Of a stretch of DNA of 37,727 nt, positions 1-9,082 are shown in pieces. A program made the translations under genes and the position numbers. Below the pieces are notes generated by a model that saw only the letters and a program-made list of their open reading frames with translations, ran no database searches and was not told where the DNA came from. How positions within the stretch are numbered: the first letter of the stretch is position 1; each line of letters opens with the position of its first letter. Origin of the DNA: a virus (taxonomy: Duplodnaviria; Caudoviricetes); the IMG/VR virus record IMGVR_UViG_3300043473_000002, positions 1-37,727 of that record. One strand, given 5' to 3'.

Positions 1-8
1 CAAGTGCT

Positions 9-113
9 ATACCACATATAGCTATGCGCGCAGTGCATGGTATGCGCCCGACGCATGGCAGTGTACATACTACATCTAGTCTGCGTCTGCTGCATACCTA
101 CTATATGTGGTAT
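9..113. repeat. Perfect 13-bp inverted repeat enclosing further stems
   Basis: ATACCACATATAG (9-21) / CTATATGTGGTAT (101-113); internal TATGC/GCATA and ATGCG/CGCAT pairings. Confidence 0.85.
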
Positions 114-280
114 GTCCCCCGCTCATTCCAAAATGGGCTTGACTTGGCGGACGAGCGCGCAAGCGCGAGGCTGCAACACACACTGCATGTGCACGTGAAT
201 TATACACATGTCAAGCACTCCCCCCATGCTCGAACTGGTGCGCCATGTATACATAAGTACCTAGTATATATAAATAAAAA

Positions 281-328
281 TAGCACTCACGCTATATGCC
301 CTAGTATGAGCTATAGCTGTGAGTGCTA
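281..328. repeat. 16-bp inverted repeat with one bulge
   Basis: TAGCACTCAC (281-290) / GTGAGTGCTA (319-328), extended by GCTATA (291-296) / TATAGC (312-317). Confidence 0.85.
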
Positions 329-351
329 AGTAGTATCAACGCAACGTGTTG

Positions 352-380
352 TATATATCACATATAGTATACAGGCGCAA
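352..380 (-). promoter_or_regulatory. Putative leftward sigma70-type promoter
   Basis: Minus strand cTTGCGC-N17-TATATA with TG extended -10. Resembles the cTTGCGTCTG...TGTGcTATAAT promoters at 34900 and 37681. Confidence 0.5.
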
Positions 381-453
381 GGTACAGTTGCATGGCTTCT
401 CCATCGACCGGCCCTTCGGGCCGGACTTACACAGTGTATATACGTGTAAGCTA

Positions 454-482
454 TTGACAAATCATGTGTTTCATGCTATGGC
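454..482 (+). promoter_or_regulatory. Putative rightward (late operon) promoter
   Basis: TTGACA (454-459)-N17-TATGGC with TGn extension. Same CTATTGACAA...TGCTAT pattern as at 14598-14626. Confidence 0.6.
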
Positions 483-523
483 CGATGATAGGCAATTATT
501 ACTACATCACAAGGAGACACATC

Positions 524-946
524 ATGCCAGCATGGGCCGGTGGTTGGGATAATCAATTCGGACAGCCGTATGCACCGATGCTGCAAGGTACTGCTACGAT
601 GCGTAGTGTAGCACGCCTCACGCAATCAGTCGGTGGTCAGCACTTCGGTGAGATAGGTCGTGCACTGGCTAACGGTGTAGGTGCTGGTACTGTGTTAGCA
701 GTTAAACAGGTTCAAGCTATACAAGCTGATGGGCTGAACCAAGGTGGTCAACGTCCTGTAGCTGACTACTTCGTTGTACCACAGCACAACACCACCATCA
801 ATGAGAAGGAAGCATTCCAATCGCAGATGACTCCTTACTTCATGCCTATGCCTCTTGCTGCTACACCTAACGTAGCGACTAGCGGCTACCCTGTTGACAA
901 GTCTGGCAACGGTGGTGGTAGCATGGCTGGTACTATCAACAGGTAG
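524..946 (+). CDS. Hypothetical protein, probable virion protein (140 aa)
   Basis: Start revised to ATG 524 (MPAWAGGWDN) after AAGGAG at 511-516. First gene of the late operon. Confidence 0.7.
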   Translation: MPAWAGGWDNQFGQPYAPMLQGTATMRSVARLTQSVGGQHFGEIGRALANGVGAGTVLAVKQVQAIQADGLNQGGQRPVADYFVVPQHNTTINEKEAFQSQMTPYFMPMPLAATPNVATSGYPVDKSGNGGGSMAGTINR

Positions 947-954
947 TCAGCACG

Positions 955-2187
955 ATGGCTGAAGACGACAGCACATCTGTTGACGACAGTTGGATAGATG
1001 TAGCTGCTACCAAGCTAAAGGAGCCGCTGCCTAAGTCATTTGATATACCTGCCAAAGCCGACCAACCCGGTATCATCAAACAGATGATGCCTAAAGTATA
1101 CGACCCTATGCAACAGATGCAGCAAGACATAGCAGAGAATATGTTCGGCTTCATCCCTGTTGTAGGTGGTGCGCCTGATGTAGTAGATGCTGCACAGGCG
1201 CATGATCCTGTTGGGTTGACACTTGGTATGGCTGGTATGTTGCCTATACCATTCGCTAGGCCGCTTGTTAAAGGTGCTAAGGGTATACGTGCATGGCACG
1301 CTTCGCCGCATGAGTTCACCAAGTTCGACATGAGTAAGATAGGTACAGGTCAAGGTGCTAACTCATACGGTCGTGGTATCTACCTAGCTGAGAACCCACG
1401 TGTAAGTGGTCCTGATCGTAGTGAGTACTGGCGTGAGTTCACACCACGTGTAGCAAGTGAAGTCTCACCACGTGGCTACGCTACACGAATGATGCAAGCA
1501 ACAGACTACGACAAAGATGCTGCTATGCGTGAACTTGAACTGATGATAAGGAAGAATCCATCTCCTCGTAACATCCAAGCGTTTGAACACTTGAGAGCTG
1601 ATAAGCCTGTCGGTGCACATGTATACGATGTGAACATCAACGCTGCACCTGAACAGTTCTTAGATTGGGATAAGACACTCACTAAGCAATCACCATACGT
1701 TCAAGAAGCATTACGTGGTATTCATCCATCTAACACTGCATACAACCAAGTGTTCACACCTGATGCTACAGGTCGTAACATATATGGCAGACTACACCGT
1801 GCAGGTGCTCATACACCCGGTGAAGCTAGACAACATGCGTCAGAGCAACTGCAAGAAGCGGGCATACCGGGTATACGCTATTTAGATCAAGGATCAGTTG
1901 AGCTACGTGATAAGCCATTCGTAATGGAACATGTCTCACGTGATCCAGCGCAGCGTATGACGTTTAGAACTGAAGATGATGCTAAGCGTCACATGGATCG
2001 CATGTTGCGTGCTTACCCTGCTGAAGCTAATCGGTACACGATAGAGAAGCCTACTCCTACATACAATCACGTAGTGAGTGATACAGACATACTCAATATC
2101 ATTAAGAAGTACGCCATAGGTGCTGGTGTCGTAGGCACTGGTGCAGGGATAGTAGCTGGTAGCGGTGGAGAAGCACATGCCCGATGA
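955..2187 (+). CDS. ADP-ribosyltransferase-like protein (ART-PolyVal-like domain) with pre-toxin-like segment
   Basis: RAWHASPHEFTKFDMSKIGTGQGANSYGRGIYLAE, VYDVNI..FLDWD and GIPGIRYLD match the phage polyvalent-protein ART pattern. FIPVVGGAPDVVDA..GMLPIP precedes it. Confidence 0.65.
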   Translation: MAEDDSTSVDDSWIDVAATKLKEPLPKSFDIPAKADQPGIIKQMMPKVYDPMQQMQQDIAENMFGFIPVVGGAPDVVDAAQAHDPVGLTLGMAGMLPIPFARPLVKGAKGIRAWHASPHEFTKFDMSKIGTGQGANSYGRGIYLAENPRVSGPDRSEYWREFTPRVASEVSPRGYATRMMQATDYDKDAAMRELELMIRKNPSPRNIQAFEHLRADKPVGAHVYDVNINAAPEQFLDWDKTLTKQSPYVQEALRGIHPSNTAYNQVFTPDATGRNIYGRLHRAGAHTPGEARQHASEQLQEAGIPGIRYLDQGSVELRDKPFVMEHVSRDPAQRMTFRTEDDAKRHMDRMLRAYPAEANRYTIEKPTPTYNHVVSDTDILNIIKKYAIGAGVVGTGAGIVAGSGGEAHAR

Positions 2188-2992
2188 AGCACAAGTAGAG
2201 ATTGGTGGTGGTGCACAAGCTATGCCTGCATCTATACCACCTGAGATGCAGCAACAACTCATGCAGATGATGCAAGGCATGAGTGGTAGTGATGTCACCA
2301 ACATGATGGCACAGCTTGCACAGATGTCACCTGAACAAGCTGCACAAGCTATCTCACAGCTTACAGGTCAGGAAGTAGACCCTGATGAATTAGTTGAAGC
2401 ATCTAAAGCTTGGATTGAAGAAGGTGCTGGTCAACTTAGTGGCGAAGGTGGTGACGGCGGACCCACTGACGCTGCTGCGGAAGGTGAAAGTGGACCTGCT
2501 CCACCTGCACAGCCCACAGGTTCTGCACCTTCCGCCCCCGATGAAGCTGAAGTAGCTGACGACGCTGATGCTGAGTATGAAGGCATGGAGGCACAAGCAC
2601 AAGGCTCCCCTGCTGACATGCAAGGACAAGCACAAGGTCCGGGTAGTGGTGCTGGTGGTATGCCTACAGCACAAGACTTAGCCGCTGCACAACAAATCCT
2701 TAGTAGCAAGACAGGTGGAGGTGGAGCTATGCCGCGTGGTGTGCCTACAGGTGGAGGTGGTATGGATGCAGCTATCAGTGCATCGCTCGGTGGTGATATA
2801 CCCGGTGGTCCGCGTATGCGTCCACCCGGAATAGGTGGGCCACGTATGAGCGGTCCCGGTGCACCTACTGCATCAACTAAAGCTACCAAAGGCACTAATC
2901 AGGATATGATTAGGCAGATGTATCGTGACGCCGCTGCACAAGACCGCGGTGTTGCACAGACAGGCGTTAAGCGCGGACCACGCACACGATGA
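2177..2992 (+). CDS. Low-complexity G/A/P/Q/M-rich hypothetical protein
   Basis: Start revised to ATG 2177 after GGAG. Overlaps both neighbours, ATGA-coupled to the next gene. Confidence 0.75.
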   Translation: MPDEAQVEIGGGAQAMPASIPPEMQQQLMQMMQGMSGSDVTNMMAQLAQMSPEQAAQAISQLTGQEVDPDELVEASKAWIEEGAGQLSGEGGDGGPTDAAAEGESGPAPPAQPTGSAPSAPDEAEVADDADAEYEGMEAQAQGSPADMQGQAQGPGSGAGGMPTAQDLAAAQQILSSKTGGGGAMPRGVPTGGGGMDAAISASLGGDIPGGPRMRPPGIGGPRMSGPGAPTASTKATKGTNQDMIRQMYRDAAAQDRGVAQTGVKRGPRTR

Positions 2993-3627
2993 CTGATCTA
3001 CCATTAGCAAATGGACTTATCATCGACACTACGACGGGTCAGGCGATACTACCTAACACGTCGCCAGATAGCGTTATACAGCAACAAACGTCGCGTACTA
3101 GGCAAACGAAAGAAGCTACTGTTGTACGAGGTCGTGATCGCAACAACCGTGCCATTCGTCGTGGTCTTATTGATCTTCCGGCTGATACAAAGGCAGTGAC
3201 TACGGCTGGTGTTGTTTGGTTATACTACAACCTAGGTATCAATGACGCTGAGATAGCTGAAGCTACAGGGTTGAAGATCAGTCAAGTTGACATGATCAAA
3301 GGGCTACAACTGTTCGGGCAGTTGGACATCCTACTACGTGACAACCTAGCTGCGTTGACTGCTGACAACGTGCAGAAGCGCATCGACGGCATGTCTGCTG
3401 GCGCGCTTGATAAGCTTGAGGACTTGTTAGAGGATGAAGAGACTAGACCTGCTACTAAGGCTCGCATAGCAATGAACATGCTAGATCGTGGTGGTTTTAG
3501 TCCTAAGCAGGTGATGGAGCATCGTCATTCCTTGGAGGGTGGCCTCGTTATACGACACATACGTGAGATAGCTGCACCTAAGCATATGCCTACCATCGAC
3601 GTGACACCGATCAAAGGAGACAAGTGA
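2989..3627 (+). CDS. Probable terminase small subunit
   Basis: HTH-like DAEIAEATGLKISQV and C-terminal ARIAMNMLDRGG motif typical of TerS, upstream of TerL. Confidence 0.65.
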   Translation: MTDLPLANGLIIDTTTGQAILPNTSPDSVIQQQTSRTRQTKEATVVRGRDRNNRAIRRGLIDLPADTKAVTTAGVVWLYYNLGINDAEIAEATGLKISQVDMIKGLQLFGQLDILLRDNLAALTADNVQKRIDGMSAGALDKLEDLLEDEETRPATKARIAMNMLDRGGFSPKQVMEHRHSLEGGLVIRHIREIAAPKHMPTIDVTPIKGDK

Positions 3628-3842
3628 TGGCACGTGTACCTAACAAAGACGGACAGGGTATCATCGCCAACGGCTACTATGGTGTAGTTGATCCTAGCTA
3701 TGACGCACCTACTGCGTTCGCTGCTGGTGTACCAACTACTGTAGGCTACGCAGGTGAAATGCGTGTAGACAACGCGACAGGCTCAGTCTACCGCTTCCTT
3801 GGTCCTCTAGGTGCTAACTGGGCCGAAACGAATATACGCTGA
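3627..3842 (+). CDS. Small hypothetical protein, possibly virion-associated
   Basis: AAGGAG RBS and TGATG coupling at both ends. Confidence 0.7.
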   Translation: MARVPNKDGQGIIANGYYGVVDPSYDAPTAFAAGVPTTVGYAGEMRVDNATGSVYRFLGPLGANWAETNIR

Positions 3843-4009
3843 TGCGTGTCGTAGTAGCCATAGTGATAGCAGTAGCGTTGTCAGGTTGTTACCATGTGCC
3901 TGAGCGGTTCTATACGCGCGCTGACGTTGACGCTATCAATGCTGAGATAGCTTGCAGACATCTCGCTCGTAACTTGTTGCAGATAGAGAAGTGCAGTGTA
4001 AGAAGATAA
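3842..4009 (+). CDS. Small lipoprotein (55 aa), not in ORF track
   Basis: MRVVVAIVIAVALSGCYHVPERFYTRADVDAINAEIACRHLARNLLQIEKCSVRR: signal peptide with lipobox LSG-C. TGATG coupling. Confidence 0.8.
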   Translation: MRVVVAIVIAVALSGCYHVPERFYTRADVDAINAEIACRHLARNLLQIEKCSVRR

Positions 4010-4125
4010 TGCGGCACTGGTTGTCAATCTTCCAGATACCTGAAGCTGCTGGTGCAATAGTAGGCTTCATAGTAGGTAGCGGTCTTGTAGGAATGATATG
4101 GCTCGTACTCGCACTGTCAATGTAG
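4009..4125 (+). CDS. Small single-TM protein (38 aa), not in ORF track
   Basis: MRHWLSIFQIPEAAGAIVGFIVGSGLVGMIWLVLALSM. TAATG coupling, overlaps the TerL start. Confidence 0.6.
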   Translation: MRHWLSIFQIPEAAGAIVGFIVGSGLVGMIWLVLALSM

Positions 4126-5693
4126 CTGAACGTCCTGAGTTGCTACTCAAAGAGGGTAGCTTGCAGGATCGCTTTCTACATAGCAAGGCGAAGGTGCAAG
4201 TCTACGGTGGGGGCTTTGGCAATGGCAAGACAACAGCAGCAGTCATCAAAGCACTACAACTCAGCGACATGTACCCCGGTTCAGTTGGACTTATTTCACG
4301 ATCAACTTATCCCAAGCTTAACGACACCATTCGCAAAGAGTTTCAGAAGTGGTGTCCACCGACATGGATTGTGTCATTTGCAGTTGGACAAAACGGAGAT
4401 AACATCTGTCATCTCAAGAACGGAACTACAATCTATTTTAGATATATTGCTCAACAAGGAACTAAGACAGAAAGCAGCAGCAGCAACCTTCTGTCAGCTA
4501 CATTTGATTGGGTCATTGTAGATCAAGTGGAAGACCCAGAGATCACACACAAGGACTTCCTCGACTTGTTCGGTCGTCTACGTGGTCGTGCTAGGTATGT
4601 AGGTGATGACGGTACGATGCCTGTCACAGGTCCACGTTGGATGATGTTGACATGCAATCCAACTGGCAACTGGGTATACACGAAGCTAGTCAGACCGCTT
4701 GCCCAATATAAGGCAACAGGTATGATCACTGATGACCTTATCTGTGCACGTGATGTTGATCGCAAGCCCGTACTACACGATGGCAAGCCGCAGTTGTTGA
4801 TTGAAGTCATAGAGGGCAGCACATATGAACTTAGACATGTTCACGAAGCTGAAGGAGGTGATTTCATCCAAACCCTTGAAACGATGTATCAAGGTCAACA
4901 GCGGGATAGGTTCTTACTCGGTAAATGGGTGGCTTACGAAGGACTTGTATATCCGCAGTACGACGCAGCGGTGCATCTACTGCAAGAAGGGAACATACAT
5001 TCGTTGTTTGACGGCTACATTGATACACATTATCAACCTAACTGGATTGAGGCATACGATTACGGGCAAGCACAAGCCTCCTGCTACATCTTAGCATTCG
5101 TTACACCGGAGTCGCATGTCATCATATGCGATGGCTTCTATAAGAAAGAGATGTCGCTTGATGAGCAGATTTCATGTATACGACGTATACGTAAGGAGTG
5201 GCTAGTTGAGATTGACGAGATGCACAAGATACAAGCTGACCCTAGCATCTTCGGTCGTAAGACAATCAACAAGCGCACTGTTGGTAAGACTATAGCCGAC
5301 ATGTTCAAGGATGACGGCATCTACATGAAGCGTGGCAACAATGATGTCAACAACGGCATTGTTAAGGTTGGCTCTTATCTCAACATCAATCGTACACTGT
5401 TACACCCCATTCAGCGTGTTGCAGGATCACCTCGCCTATTCATCAACGCCAAGCTTGACTGGTGGACAGATGAAGTTGCTGGTTACTTCTGGCAGCAATC
5501 TACTTCTGGTGAACGCATTGACAAGCCGATAGATCGCAACGACCATGCGATGGATACAACTAAGTACTTGCTAGGTGACATGCCTGACATCGGCAAGTAT
5601 CAGATAGCCGCTGAAGAACGCATACCCAGCTACATGATGTGGCAAGAGAACGACAAGACGAAGACTAACTCAAAGGCTCATCGCTATGGCTGA
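4098..5693 (+). CDS. terL: Terminase large subunit
   Basis: Walker A GGFGNGKT, Walker B WVIVDQVE, motif LTCNP, nuclease motifs AYDYG and NDHAMD. Confidence 0.95.
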   Translation: MARTRTVNVAERPELLLKEGSLQDRFLHSKAKVQVYGGGFGNGKTTAAVIKALQLSDMYPGSVGLISRSTYPKLNDTIRKEFQKWCPPTWIVSFAVGQNGDNICHLKNGTTIYFRYIAQQGTKTESSSSNLLSATFDWVIVDQVEDPEITHKDFLDLFGRLRGRARYVGDDGTMPVTGPRWMMLTCNPTGNWVYTKLVRPLAQYKATGMITDDLICARDVDRKPVLHDGKPQLLIEVIEGSTYELRHVHEAEGGDFIQTLETMYQGQQRDRFLLGKWVAYEGLVYPQYDAAVHLLQEGNIHSLFDGYIDTHYQPNWIEAYDYGQAQASCYILAFVTPESHVIICDGFYKKEMSLDEQISCIRRIRKEWLVEIDEMHKIQADPSIFGRKTINKRTVGKTIADMFKDDGIYMKRGNNDVNNGIVKVGSYLNINRTLLHPIQRVAGSPRLFINAKLDWWTDEVAGYFWQQSTSGERIDKPIDRNDHAMDTTKYLLGDMPDIGKYQIAAEERIPSYMMWQENDKTKTNSKAHRYG

Positions 5694-8010
5694 TGACTAC
5701 AACGATCCGCTAACAGCGCCACGTGCACCTGATGCCACTGACACAGATGGTAGTGCATTCAACTCGTATGAAGGTGTGACATCACCTGATGAAGCACCAG
5801 CAGATGACATGCCGCTCTATCGTGTCATAGGTGAGAGCAAGATACCTGTTAGCAAGCACCGCGGACCCTTGTGGCGTAGTCGCTACGATCAGGGTAAGAG
5901 TGCAATGTCTAAGCAGCTAGATGCATGGAACGAAGCTTACAGGTACTACAGACATGATCATACTCGTCAAGGTGCATCCAACCGCCGCGGTGATAACGAC
6001 TCCACCGCTGGCACACCTATGCAGGGTGAGTTCAACAGCACAGAGAACATCGTCTTTGCCAACGTCAGTGCACTTGTACCAATGCTATTTACGAAGAACC
6101 CTGACGCTGAGTTTACAGTGGAGGACAAAGAGGACGAGCCACGCGCCCGCATAATTGAGAAGCTAGTCAACGTATTAGCTGCTAAGAAGACATCACCTGG
6201 CTTGAACCTGAAGCGTAAGGTCAAGCGCAATATAGTAAGCACCACACTCACCAACGTAGGTTGGTTCGAGGTAGGATATACACTGAAACAAAACAGCAGT
6301 GAGCAGGCACTTGAAGAGATACAGCGTTTAGCTTTAGAACTAGAGAAGGCTAAGTCGCAGAAGGACATCAAAGAGACTGAAGGCAAGCTGCTTGCGTTGG
6401 AAGATACTATTGACATGCTTACACCATCAGGTCCGTGGTGCAAGGTGCGCCGACCTGATCAGATCATCGTCGATCCTACAGCTACAGAGTTAGACCTTAG
6501 CGGTGCTTGCAATTGGGTGATGATTGAAGACCTCATGTATACTTCACTTCTGCGCGCTCGCTATGGGAGAAAGAAGCCTGACAGCGATGAATGGGAAAGT
6601 GTATTCTCACCTACGAATGTTATCAAAGCTGGAGTATCACCAGATCAAGGTGAGCGTGGTCAGACGGACAACTTCCAACTGTTTAGTTATAGTACAAGCG
6701 AGTACGCCAAGTACGGATACAGCGATCAGAAGTCGTTCCTCGCGGCGCAGATGACGAAGGTAGTATATGTATGGGACAAGGTCACTCGACGTGTCGAGTT
6801 GTACAACTGCAACGACTGGTGTTATCCACTGTGGGTCTGGGATGACCCTTATCACCTTGACCAGTTCTTCAGCGTTGTACCAATGGAGTTTCATACTGAT
6901 CCAATTACTATGTACGCCAAGGGTGAAGTCACCTACTACTTAGATCAACAGGATGACATCAACATCATCAACAATGAGTGGGCTAAGGTGCGTAAGTTCG
7001 CTGCTGGCAAGCTGGCGTATGACAAGAACAGCTTAAAGGACACATCGCTCCTTGAAGGCATCATCAATGGCACGATGGATACCAACGTCATTGGCCTTGA
7101 TCTACCTGAAGGCAAGAAGATTGGTGACGTACTTGGCCCATTGTTGCCTCCAAGCGCAGAAGCGATCAAGTTTTTCGACAAAAAGCCCGTACTAGACGCA
7201 ATTGACCGTCTATCTGGCGTAGCATCAGTGCAACGTGGTGTAGAATACAAGACAAACACCACAAATCGTGCCATCGAGAGCTACGAAAGTCAGGTTCAGA
7301 CACGCGCAGACGAGAAAATGGACGCAATCGAGGACAGTGTAGGCACAATCCTCTGGTTGACAGCGCAAATGGTCATACAATTCATGCCTAAAGAGGAAGT
7401 AGCTGGTCTTTTAGGTGATAAGTTCGCAGAGGAGTGGGAAAACTTCGATCCTATGACGATCCGTACCAAATTCACACCTCGCGTCGTCGGTGGTAGCACT
7501 CTTAAGCCAACATCACGTGCGAAGAAGGAGCAAGCGCTCCAAATCTCGCAAGTCATAGGCCAATTCACACGTGCTACACCAATCGCAGCAGTGGTATCAC
7601 TCAAAGTGCTCGCCTCTGCGTTCGACAACGTGCTTGTGAGTAAAGAAGACTGGGAATTGATATACAAGGGCATAGTCAAGGAGACATCTGCACCTGCACC
7701 TGAAGAAGTACAACAACAGCAGATGGAACAAGACGGTGCACAGCAAGGTGCTGACCGTAAGCAAGAGATGGTCGTTGAAGCTATGAAAGCGCGTGGTCAG
7801 GCGCAGGGTGCACAGGGTGGTGGCGCACAGGGTGGTGGTATGCCGCAGATTGACGACATCGCCTCAATAGTGCAAGAAGTAGCTGGACTTATTGACGGCT
7901 TGCCACCTGAGATTAAGCAATCACTCGGTGTACAACTTGCACGTGGCAAGAGTGTAGCTGAAATAGCTATGCAGATGATGCAACAGATGCAAAGCGGCGC
8001 TGCCGCATAA
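5686..8010 (+). CDS. Portal protein with Q/G-rich C-terminal extension
   Basis: 774 aa directly after TerL. Helical portal-like motifs (IDRLSGVASVQRG, TNRAIE) and size like P22-type portals. Confidence 0.85.
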   Translation: MADDYNDPLTAPRAPDATDTDGSAFNSYEGVTSPDEAPADDMPLYRVIGESKIPVSKHRGPLWRSRYDQGKSAMSKQLDAWNEAYRYYRHDHTRQGASNRRGDNDSTAGTPMQGEFNSTENIVFANVSALVPMLFTKNPDAEFTVEDKEDEPRARIIEKLVNVLAAKKTSPGLNLKRKVKRNIVSTTLTNVGWFEVGYTLKQNSSEQALEEIQRLALELEKAKSQKDIKETEGKLLALEDTIDMLTPSGPWCKVRRPDQIIVDPTATELDLSGACNWVMIEDLMYTSLLRARYGRKKPDSDEWESVFSPTNVIKAGVSPDQGERGQTDNFQLFSYSTSEYAKYGYSDQKSFLAAQMTKVVYVWDKVTRRVELYNCNDWCYPLWVWDDPYHLDQFFSVVPMEFHTDPITMYAKGEVTYYLDQQDDINIINNEWAKVRKFAAGKLAYDKNSLKDTSLLEGIINGTMDTNVIGLDLPEGKKIGDVLGPLLPPSAEAIKFFDKKPVLDAIDRLSGVASVQRGVEYKTNTTNRAIESYESQVQTRADEKMDAIEDSVGTILWLTAQMVIQFMPKEEVAGLLGDKFAEEWENFDPMTIRTKFTPRVVGGSTLKPTSRAKKEQALQISQVIGQFTRATPIAAVVSLKVLASAFDNVLVSKEDWELIYKGIVKETSAPAPEEVQQQQMEQDGAQQGADRKQEMVVEAMKARGQAQGAQGGGAQGGGMPQIDDIASIVQEVAGLIDGLPPEIKQSLGVQLARGKSVAEIAMQMMQQMQSGAAA

Positions 8011-8020
8011 GGGGGCTTCA

Positions 8021-9070
8021 ATGGCCGAACAAGATAAAGACCTGATGTCTCAGGTAGGCGACAGCTTTGGCATCAAAGACGCTCCGCAACCTCAGGAAGG
8101 TGGTGATGAGGGGAGTGATAGTGCTGAACAGCAAGATCAACCACTATCACAACCTCAGTTAGACGATAACACACCATCTGACAACCAGCCACAGGATCGT
8201 CCTGAAACTGGCAGTGATCGTCACGTCGCTAAACAGCGCGAGGACAAGGATCAGCTATTCACCGACAAGCCACGCAAGGGGCCGCGCGGTGAGTTGCTTG
8301 ATGCTAAGGGTAACATCGTTGCTACAACGCGACGAGAGAAGCAGCTAGCATACAATCTCAACCGTGCACAGTATGCTGCTAATCAGGCTGCACGCGAGAC
8401 ACGGAAGATGCACGCCGCTCTCAATCAATATAAAGAGATCGACGTTGCTATGAAGCAGGCTAACCTCAATCACGATCAGGTGAGAGAGGCATTGCAGCTA
8501 CGTGCGTTGGCTGAGAAAGACCCCATCACTGCCGTGCGCGATGTTATAGCTCGCGTACTAGCGGCAGGTGCCACGATGGAGCAGATACTCGGCCATGATG
8601 CCGTCCCTGCTATCAACGCTAGCGTCATTAAGCAAGAGTTGGATCGTCGCTTGGGTCCACTTGAGAAGCAGACGCAAGCTAGAGAACGACAAGCGCAGAT
8701 TGAAGAACGCGCACAAGAGCAGATGGAGAACTTTGTTCAACATCACCCACATGCTGAAACGCATGGTGTAGAGATTAGCAACCTAGTACAGCAACATGGC
8801 TTGACGCCTGAACGCGCGTACTTTGAACTTCGTAGTTGGGTTGAACGCAGAGGCATGGACTTCACATCACCATTGCGCCCACAGCTTGAGGCATACGCTA
8901 AGCGCGGCAATGGTCAACGTAGACAGTCAACACCGGGTGACATGCGCGGTGCGCCAGCGGGCAACTTGCCAACTAATAGCACTACAAACGGCTCACGAGG
9001 AGACTTCAAGAGCAGCGCGCCTTGGCGTGACATTGCTAATGCGGTCTACTCAGAACTCAACAGCAAATAA
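8021..9070 (+). CDS. Probable capsid scaffolding protein
   Basis: Acidic disordered N-terminus, coiled-coil core and short C-terminal helix, between portal and MCP. Confidence 0.7.
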   Translation: MAEQDKDLMSQVGDSFGIKDAPQPQEGGDEGSDSAEQQDQPLSQPQLDDNTPSDNQPQDRPETGSDRHVAKQREDKDQLFTDKPRKGPRGELLDAKGNIVATTRREKQLAYNLNRAQYAANQAARETRKMHAALNQYKEIDVAMKQANLNHDQVREALQLRALAEKDPITAVRDVIARVLAAGATMEQILGHDAVPAINASVIKQELDRRLGPLEKQTQARERQAQIEERAQEQMENFVQHHPHAETHGVEISNLVQQHGLTPERAYFELRSWVERRGMDFTSPLRPQLEAYAKRGNGQRRQSTPGDMRGAPAGNLPTNSTTNGSRGDFKSSAPWRDIANAVYSELNSK

Positions 9071-9082
9071 GGTACACACACG

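Noticed and set aside
24-552. Track ORFs 24..329 and 346..552
   Set aside because: No RBS, His/Tyr/Cys-rich translation typical of non-coding alternating sequence, and they overlie hairpins and promoters.
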